Part shown: one piece after another, positions 56,386 through 64,000 of the stretch
Layout of the letters: each line of letters opens with the position of its first letter
Position numbering within the stretch: position 1 is the stretch's first letter
Assembly: GCF_032444005.1 (NCBI RefSeq)
Contig: NC_091288.1
Span: 218,922,001-218,986,000, forward strand
DNA: 64,000 nt
Direction: 5' to 3'
Origin: Ranitomeya imitator
Taxonomy: Eukaryota
The notes under the pieces: generated by a model
The model's database searches: none
What the model was told of the DNA's origin: nothing
What the model saw: only the letters and a program-made list of their open reading frames with translations
Program-made: the position numbers and the translations under genes

Positions 56386-58079
56386 TCGAGACCAATCAGG
56401 AGGCCAAAATCTAAACTATTTATTCCAAACTTTTCATACCTCGGATTAAAAAACGTTGCAGTGACTGTCACTACTGAAATGTTACGAAGATCAATCCATG
56501 ATACACTTACTGCCAAAAACATAATAGATACAAACTGCAATGTGCACAAACTACTCTTGACAAGTCACCAAACCTGTTTTGTCTCTGTGGTTATCTAGAC
56601 GCCAAGGTTAGATGAATGTCTTGGTTTTTTTTTGGATAATTTGGTCGCTGCCTCTGCAGCGGTGCACAGCTGTTTCTCTAAGAATACAAGGCGCCAGGTT
56701 GAAATGATAAATTCCGCATTTGCTAACAAACATTGAATTAATCAGAGATGTTATCGCAGCACGGCTGATGTTCTGTACCTGGCTGTTTAGCTGACTGAAA
56801 GTAAATAACGAAGGGCAAAGGGTAAAGTTCATGTTTTTATTTTGTCTCATAATTTTCCGATTTATATCCTTATTGCGTTTTTGTACTTGTATAACATTAC
56901 GGACTGTCATTTTGTTTCCAGCGTGCACTTTATGATGCAGCGATCAGTCTAATGATCTCACACCTGTATCTCCCTTTCTGTCCCCTCCACATTTCTTTTT
57001 ATTCCATACATGCGAGTTGGAGTTCTTCAAGGCCACAAGTAAAGATGATTTAGACCTAGTAGTCATTGTTATCTCCTCTGCATGTACACTGGAGATACAT
57101 CAGCGTTTACTGCAAAAGATCATTTTTTATTGCTAGTTCAGGTTTTCACAGAAACCAAAGTTTGAAGTGTTGTCAAGGGCTGTGAACGCCATAAATGAGA
57201 CAGTCATCAGTCAACTGCACGTGTAGCTGACAGCTAGTCCTCCATGGTCCCTATAGACTGCCCGCCTGCGCCGTCACATTGGAGAGCGGACATGGGCCAC
57301 CGCCTGACACTTTTGGTGTCTTATCTTCCATCTGAACAAAAAGCTCAGGCTGAAGCTCAAGATGCGAAACTCTTCTGTCCTCTGGGGAGAGCTGAGAGGT
57401 CCACATAAAGATTTGATTATTTGTGGGTTTGGAAAAAGTTCTTCAACTAGATTCCTCCTTGGTGTCTTTTGCACCGAGCTGCAGGTCCTGTACACCCATC
57501 TGTATATTGACCCCTACAGGCTCATCCTTTCTATAAAAAAAGACCATTGTTACAATAATGGATGAAACAAAAGAAAATAGGATATTGCAGGAAAAAAAAA
57601 CATGTTTTTCAAAATGGAGCAGAAATTATAAGCCCGCCTATGTTGCAGAACAAAAAGATTATCTGAAGATCCGCTGCTTAACCGACCATGGGGAAGATCT
57701 TTATTGATGTCCTGATCCAAGCTGTGGGGAGGATGGCATTTAAGATGCTTGATCATAAGGGATTTTGCATGATCTCCAATATGCTGGAAGATGTGGATGA
57801 TCTTATTCGAAGAATTCTCTTTGAAGATTTTCTTGAGAAGATTCAATGACAAAATGGTGGAAAGCCAATATGGAGCAGGCAGACACTGAGGATGCTGCCG
57901 AACTATGAGCTGACCCGGGCTGTTCAAGAAGTAATAGATGGGACTGAAAAAGCAGAGGACCACGTGCGTGATAGGCAAGAACCAGAATCCTTCAAGAATA
58001 AAACCAGCTGTAGAGATCTCACTATAAGAGGCCAATAGTATAACTGGCCCTCCACAGAGGATATAAGGTGTAGTTAAGC

Positions 58080-58475
58080 AAATATCACCTGCAGTCCTAT
58101 GTAACACCACCGATAACACAGTGATCACTCTCTGAGTACAGATAATGTAGTAGATGTCACCTGCAGTCCTATGTAACACCACAGATAACACAGTGATAAC
58201 TCTCTGAGTACAGATAATGTAGTAGATGTCACCTGCAGTCCTATGTAACACCACAGATAACACAGTGATAACTCTGTGAGTACAGATAATGTAGTAGATG
58301 TCACCTGCAGTCCCATGTAACACCACAGATTACACAGTGATCACTCTCTGAGTACAGATAATGTAGTAGATGCAACCTGCAGTCCCATGTAACACCACAG
58401 ATGACACAGTGATCACTCTCTGAGTACAGATAATGGATGAGATGTCACCTGCAGTCCTATGTAACACCACAGGTA
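58080..58475. repeat. 72-bp tandem repeat
   Basis: Unit gataatgtagtagatgtcacctgcagtcctatgtaacaccacagataacacagtgataactctctgagtaca. Confidence 0.9.
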
Positions 58476-58779
58476 TTAATATGCACTTTATTAGGCAATA
58501 TGTTCTCCCTATAACCGCAGTGGTTGAGTAAGCCATGTGTGATTGGGAAATTCCATGCGCTTTGCAAGCACAGAAGATGGAGCAGACGTTCCCTGCAGTC
58601 ACTCTCTTCTGTGACATTTGGAAGGACAGTTTCCTGCGATGAATCATTATAGACAACTTTCTTAAACATAAAAGAATTCTTATTTCAAAGCACCAATTTC
58701 ATAGTGCTCAGGGATTTCCTAAGGATTTTATAAAACTGTCCAAAACTCACACAAAAAAATTAAAACAAAAGAACGTATG

Positions 58780-60992
58780 CTTTCCAGGGGAAGCCTCTGC
58801 CCTGCGCTCCTTTCCAGGTGAAGCCTCTGCCCTGCGCTCATTTCCAGGTGAAGCCTCTGCCCTGCGCTCATTTCCAGGTGAAGCCTCTGCCCTGCGCTCC
58901 TTTCCAGGTGAAGCCTCTGCCCTGCGCTCCTTTCCAGGTGAAGCCTCTGCCCTGCGCTCCTTTCCAGGTGAAGCCTCTGCCCTGCGCTCCTTTCCAGGTG
59001 AAGCCTCTGCCCTGCGCTCCTTTCCAGGTGAAGCCTCTGCCCTGCGCTCCTTTCCAGGTGAAGCCTCTGCCCTGCGCTCCTTTCCAGGTGAAGCCTCTGC
59101 CCTGCGCTCCTTTCCAGGTGAAGCCTCTGCCCTGCGCTCCATTCCGAGGTGAAACCTCTGCCCTGCGCTCATTTCCAGGTGAAGCCTCTGCCCTGCGCTC
59201 CATTCTAGGTGAAGCCTCTGCCCTGCGCTCCATTCCAGGTGAAACCTCTGCCCTGCGCTCCATTCTAGGTGAAGCCTCTGCCCTGCGCTCCATTCCAGGT
59301 GAAGCCTCTGCCCTGCGCTCCATTCTAGGTGAAGCCTCTGCCCTGCGCTCATTTCCAGGTGAAGCCTCTGCCTGCGCTCCATTCTAGGTGAAGCCTCTGC
59401 TCTGCGCTCTTTTCCAGGTGAAGCCTCTGCCCTGCGCTCATTTCCAGGTGAAGCCTCTGCCCTGCGCTCCATTCCAGGTGAAGCCTCTGCCCTGCGCTCA
59501 TTTCCAGGTGAAGCCTCTGCCCTGCGCTCATTTCCAGGTGAAGCCTCTGCCCTGCGCTCATTTCCAGGTGAAGCCTCTGCCCTGCGCTCATTTCCAGGTG
59601 AAGCCTCTGCCCTGCGCTCATTTCCAGGTGAAGCCTCTGCCCTGCGCTCATTTCCAGGTGAAGCCTCTGCCCTGCGCTCATTTCCAGGTGAAGCCTATGC
59701 CCTGCGCTCATTTCCAGGTGAAGCCTCTGTCCTGCGCTCATTTCCAGGAGAAGCCTCTGCCCTGCGCTCCATTCCAGGTGAAGCCTCTGCCCTGCGCTCA
59801 TTTCCAGGTGAAGCCTCTGCCCTGCGCTCATTTCCAGGTGAAGCCTCTGCCCTGCGCTCATTTCCAGGTGAAGCCTCTGCCCTGCGCTCATTTCCAGGTG
59901 AAGCCTCTGCCCTGCGCTCATTTCCAGGAGAAGCCTCTGCCCTGCGCTCATTTACAGGTGAAGCCTCTGCCCTGCGCTCATTTCCAGGTGAAGCTTCTGC
60001 CCTGCGCTCCATTCTAGGTGAAGCCTCTGCCCTGCGCTCCATTCCAGGTGAAGCCTCTGCCCTGCGCTCCATTCCAGGTGAAGCCTCTGCCCTGCGCTCA
60101 TTTCCAGGAGAAGCCTCTGCCCTGCGCTCATTTCCAGGTGAAGCCTCTGCCCTGCGCTCATTTCCAGGAGAAGCCTCTGCCCTGCGCTCCATTCCAGGTG
60201 AAGCCTCTGCCCTGCGCTCATTTCCAGGTGAAGCCTCTGCCCTGCGCTCATTTCCAGGTGAAGCCTCTGCCTTGCGCTCATTTCCAGGTGAAGCCTCTGC
60301 CCTGCGCTCATTTCCAGGTGAAGCCTCTGCCCTGCGCTCATTTCCAGGTGAAGCCTCTGCCCTGCGCTCATTTCCAGGTGAAGCCTCTGCCCTGCGCTCA
60401 TTTCCAGGTGAAGCCTCTGCCCTGCGCTCATTTACAGGTGAAGCCTCTGCCCTGCGCTCATTTACAGGTGAAGCCTCTGCCCTGCGCTCATTTCCAGGTG
60501 AAGCCTCTGCCCTGCGCTCATTTCCAGGTGAAGCCTCTGCCCTGCGCTCATTTCCAGGTGAAGCCTCTGCCCTGCGCTCATTTCCAGGTGAAGCCTCTGC
60601 CCTGCGCTCATTTCCAGGAGAAGCCTCTGCCCTGCGCTCATTTCCAGGTGAAGCCTCTGCCCTGCGCTCATTTCCAGGAGAAGCCTCTGCCCTGTGCTCA
60701 TTTCCAGGTGAAGCCTCTGCCCTGCGCTCATTTCCAGGTGAAGCCTCTGCCCTGCGCTCATTTCCAGGTGAAGCCTCTGCCCTGCGCTCATTTCCAGGTG
60801 AAGCCTCTGCCCTGCGCTCATTTCCAGGTGAAGCCTCTGCCCTGCGCTCATTTCCAGGTGAAGCCTCTGCCCTGCGCTCATTTCCAGGAGAAGCCTCTGC
60901 CCTGCGCTCATTTCCAGGTGAAGCCTCTGCCCTGCGCTCATTTCCAGGTGAAGCCTCTGCCCTGCGCTCATTTCCAGGTGAAGCCTCTGCTC
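58780..60992. repeat. 30-bp satellite, about 73 highly homogeneous copies
   Basis: Unit tttccaggtgaagcctctgccctgcgctca. Confidence 0.97.
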
Positions 60993-61312
60993 TCTGTCCT
61001 GCAGAGATGGACATCAGGAGAGCCTAGACTGTGGTGTTCTGGTCATAGCCAGGACCACTGCAGACATCTATAGAGACCACCGCCATATGTACCTGCTACT
61101 ATCATTCCTTTTTTGTAAGCTGTCCATATCCAATGAGCTACTGAAGGAGAATCCCACACAGCGAGTCCAGTAGTAACGTGTCGTCAATCCCCACAATATG
61201 GTCCCAGCGTGACGACTGACGTCGCTTCAGTCCTTCTGAACCATTTACCAGAATTTAATGGGATTTGATTGTTGGAGAGGGGCAGGACTCAACTCTGCAA
61301 TATTAACCCTAA

Positions 61313-61497
61313 GGCCGGGGTCACACTTGCACGAGTCTCTCGCCTCAATACCCGGCACTGCTGCTGGCACTCGGGGCCGGAGCGTTCAGCTACATAGGAA
61401 TACACACAGCCACACACTCCGGTGCCGAGTGCCGGCGGCAGTGCCGGGTATTGAGGCGAGAGATTCATGCAAGTCTTTCGCAAGTGTGACCCCGGCC
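61313..61497. mobile_element. PIF/Harbinger-type MITE
   Basis: TAA TSD at 61310-61312 and 61498-61500. TIR GGCCGGGGTCACACTTGC. Confidence 0.85.
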
Positions 61498-61654
61498 TAA
61501 AAGTGAAAGTTACTATCAGCATATTCAAATAGAGGAGCAAGGAACAAAAGGTTTACGCAAGGAGGCTGAGAAAGATCAAGTACAAAGAGCAATACTGATT
61601 TGCCACAACAAAGATGAATTGGACAACTTCCCACAGTCATAAGTAATGAAGGAA

Positions 61655-62802
61655 TAAAGGTACCGTTACACTAAACGACTTACCAACGATCACAAGCAGC
61701 GATACGACCTGGCCGTGATCGTTGGTAAGTCGTTGTGTGGTCACACAGACAGCTCTCTCCAGCGACCAACGATCAGGGGAACAACTTCGGCATCGTTGAA
61801 ACTGTCTTCAACGATGCCGAAGTCCCCGGGTAACCAGGGTAAACATCGGGTTACTAAGTGCAGGGCCGCGCTTAGTAACCCGATATTTACCCTGGTTACC
61901 ATTGTAAAAGTTAACAAAAAAAAAAAAACACTACATACTCACATTCCGATGTCTGTCACGTCCCCCGGCGTCCACAGGGTTAAAACTGCTTTCGGCAGGA
62001 GCACTGCTAATGCACGCGCTGCTGCCAAGAGCTTTCCCTGCACTGTGTCAGCGCCGGCAGTAAAGCAGTGGTGACATCAGGATAGTTATAAACTTATAGT
62101 TATAGTGATAGTTATAGTCAGGATAGCAGGAGTTATAAACTTTATGCTGGTGGTGTTCTTAAAGGGAACCTGTCACCCCGAAAATCGCGGATGAGGTAAG
62201 CCCACCGGCATCAGGGGCTTATCTGCAGCATTCTGTAATGCTATAGATAAGCCCCCGATGTTACCTGAAAGAGGAGAAAAAGAGGTTATATTATACTCAC
62301 CCAGGGGCGGTCCCGCTGCTGGTCAGGTCGGATGGGCGTCTCCGGTCCGCTGCGGCGCCTCCCATCTTCATTACAAGACATCCTCTTCTGATCTTCAGCC
62401 ACAGCTCCGGCGCAGGCGTACTTTGCTCTGCCCTGTTGAGGGCAGAGGATAGTACTGCAATGCGCAGGCGCCGGAAAGGTCAGAGGCCGCCGCAGCGGAC
62501 CAGAGACGCCCATCATTAACCCCCACATGACCAGTCCAGAGGGAGAATAGCAGAAAACAAACTCCGGACTGGATCATGACAGCCATGTTAAATGTCACTG
62601 TCGTAGATTGACAGCAGCATTTAACATGTTAACAGCCGTTGGTAGATCGCGATTTTCACCCACAGCTGTTAGGGGCGCATGACAGCTGATCAGATCAGCT
62701 GTCATGGGCCGGAAAAGGTGCAGTCTCAGCACCAGATCCTGCATCAAAGAGGGGGAGCAACCTATGACGGACGTAGCACGTCATAGGTCATTAAGGGGTT
62801 AA
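61655..62802. mobile_element. Mosaic of truncated non-autonomous DNA-transposon fragments (Harbinger-, Kolobok- and piggyBac-like ends)
   Basis: Ends aaaggtaccgttacac (about 61657), ttaaagggaacctgtcacc (about 62159) and ttaacccc...ggggttaa (62517-62802). Family names are inferred from terminal motifs only. Confidence 0.45.
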
Positions 62803-63054
62803 GCATACTGTTAAGGGAGAGATAAAAACTAAGCCATAATAAATGATTCAAGTAAAAATAAGTATTAAATAAGTAACAAGTTTAAAGTTACATAAATTAG
62901 TACTACCGTAATTGTTATAAAAGGAAACTAAAACAGTGCAGACATAGCTTTTTTTGAATGTAACTATCATCTCGGAGCTATAACATTCTTAGATTTCTTT
63001 AAATCTTGAAATGTAAACCATATCCTTTCTAGTATTGAGCCCCTTCATTTAGTA

Positions 63055-63249
63055 CAGGGGTGTCAAACTGCAATCCTTGAGGGCTGCAAACTTGTTGTGT
63101 TTTCAGGATTTCCTTGTACTGCACAGGTGATAATTTAATCACCTACACAAATAATGAGTTGGTGATTAAATTATCACCTGTGCAGTACAAGGAAATCCTG
63201 AAAACATGACCTGTTTGCAGCCCTCAAGGATTGCAGTTTGACACCCCTG
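63055..63249. mobile_element. Palindromic hAT MITE (195 bp)
   Basis: 8-bp TSD ATTTAGTA at 63047-63054 and 63250-63257. TIR CAGGGGTGTCAAACTGCAATCCTTGAGGGCTGC. Confidence 0.92.
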
Positions 63250-64000
63250 ATTTAGTATCAATCACTTGATAGTGATTCTCAAGTTTTTCTTTTCTCTAAC
63301 CTACTACCAAACACGGTACAAAGATCATATTTTTCCTTGAAATACCAAAAACATTTCTAGTTTTTGATGCGTTTCTGTTTGATTTGCTTCAAGCTAATTT
63401 TTTTTGAGCATTTTTATTGTTTAAGACGCAGTGAAGGTTTTGTTTGTAGATTAATTTTAGTAAATTTAATTTGTGGCATTAGTTTTTGCTAGTGCTCTAA
63501 GTTCAATACAGAAGCCGATCGGAAAGAAGCAAGAAAAAAAATCAGATATTCACATTTTCAAAATAAGACTACTGACGTTGAAAAAAAAAAAGCCACCAAA
63601 ATCACACAGAAAAGTTTTGAAGAGTTTTTCATATTTGGGGCAAAACAAAAAAAAACAAAAACAAATGTACTATTAACAAATGCCACAAAAAATGTGTGAA
63701 AACTCTCCAAGGGCTCATCCGGTTGTTTTGGTAGGTGTGGTATCGGTGGGCTCTAGAACCCTTTATAATCAATGTGATGAGTCACATGACCATTTTTGTG
63801 GAGCGATTGTCTGTAAAAATAATAAAAGAAAATAAATCTATTTCGTATGTTTACGCTCTTGTAGACCAAAGTCACCCATTCAACTGAAAAGGTCCTTAAA
63901 AAAAACCCACAAAAAACATAGCACTTGGACGCTATTTGTTTTTAGTTTTGAGAAGGTGAATTGTCAGAAAAACAATAATTCTTGCATTTTTATTTTTACA

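Noticed and set aside
9520-60992. CRISPR-like appearance of the regular repeat arrays
   Set aside because: This is eukaryotic DNA, the units are head-to-tail with no unique spacers, and there are no cas genes.
58747-61073. ERRAEASPG and VKPLPCAHFQ repeat ORFs
   Set aside because: These are translations of the 30-bp satellite, open in several frames on both strands.

Overview
This is vertebrate genomic DNA, most likely from a frog. That assignment is inferred from the TRIM72 sequence and from the MITE and satellite families present. Roughly 29 kb of the 64 kb is tandem repeat, and most long ORFs in the track are repeat artefacts. Reading splice sites by hand gives four genes. (1) The 5' part of a probable beta-2-microglobulin gene on the minus strand: exon 1 at 15003-15072, exon 2 running off the window start, and an MHC-type X1-X2-Y promoter. 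(2) A complete six-exon trim72 (MG53) on the minus strand, 476 aa. (3) Head-to-head with trim72, a pycard/ASC-like unit on the plus strand: a PYD exon, short phase-1 linker exons and a CARD exon. (4) A second, CARD-only unit: a 7-nt coding exon ATGGCCG plus a duplicated ASC-type CARD exon, preceded by its own ISRE-like motif. The most interesting candidate system is this ASC locus. It appears able to produce a CARD-only protein, a PYD-only protein (through a strong 39-nt exon carrying an in-frame TGA) and ASC forms whose linker length is set by a 42-bp tandem array of splice donors. The b2m intron 1 holds a nested stack: a Tc1 element containing a structurally complete DIRS1 retrotransposon, which itself contains a hAT element and a 230-bp palindromic insert. 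The window also has a near-intact Tc1, a CR1 fragment, several MITEs and a candidate hammerhead ribozyme. All gene names come from recalled family motifs, not from database searches.
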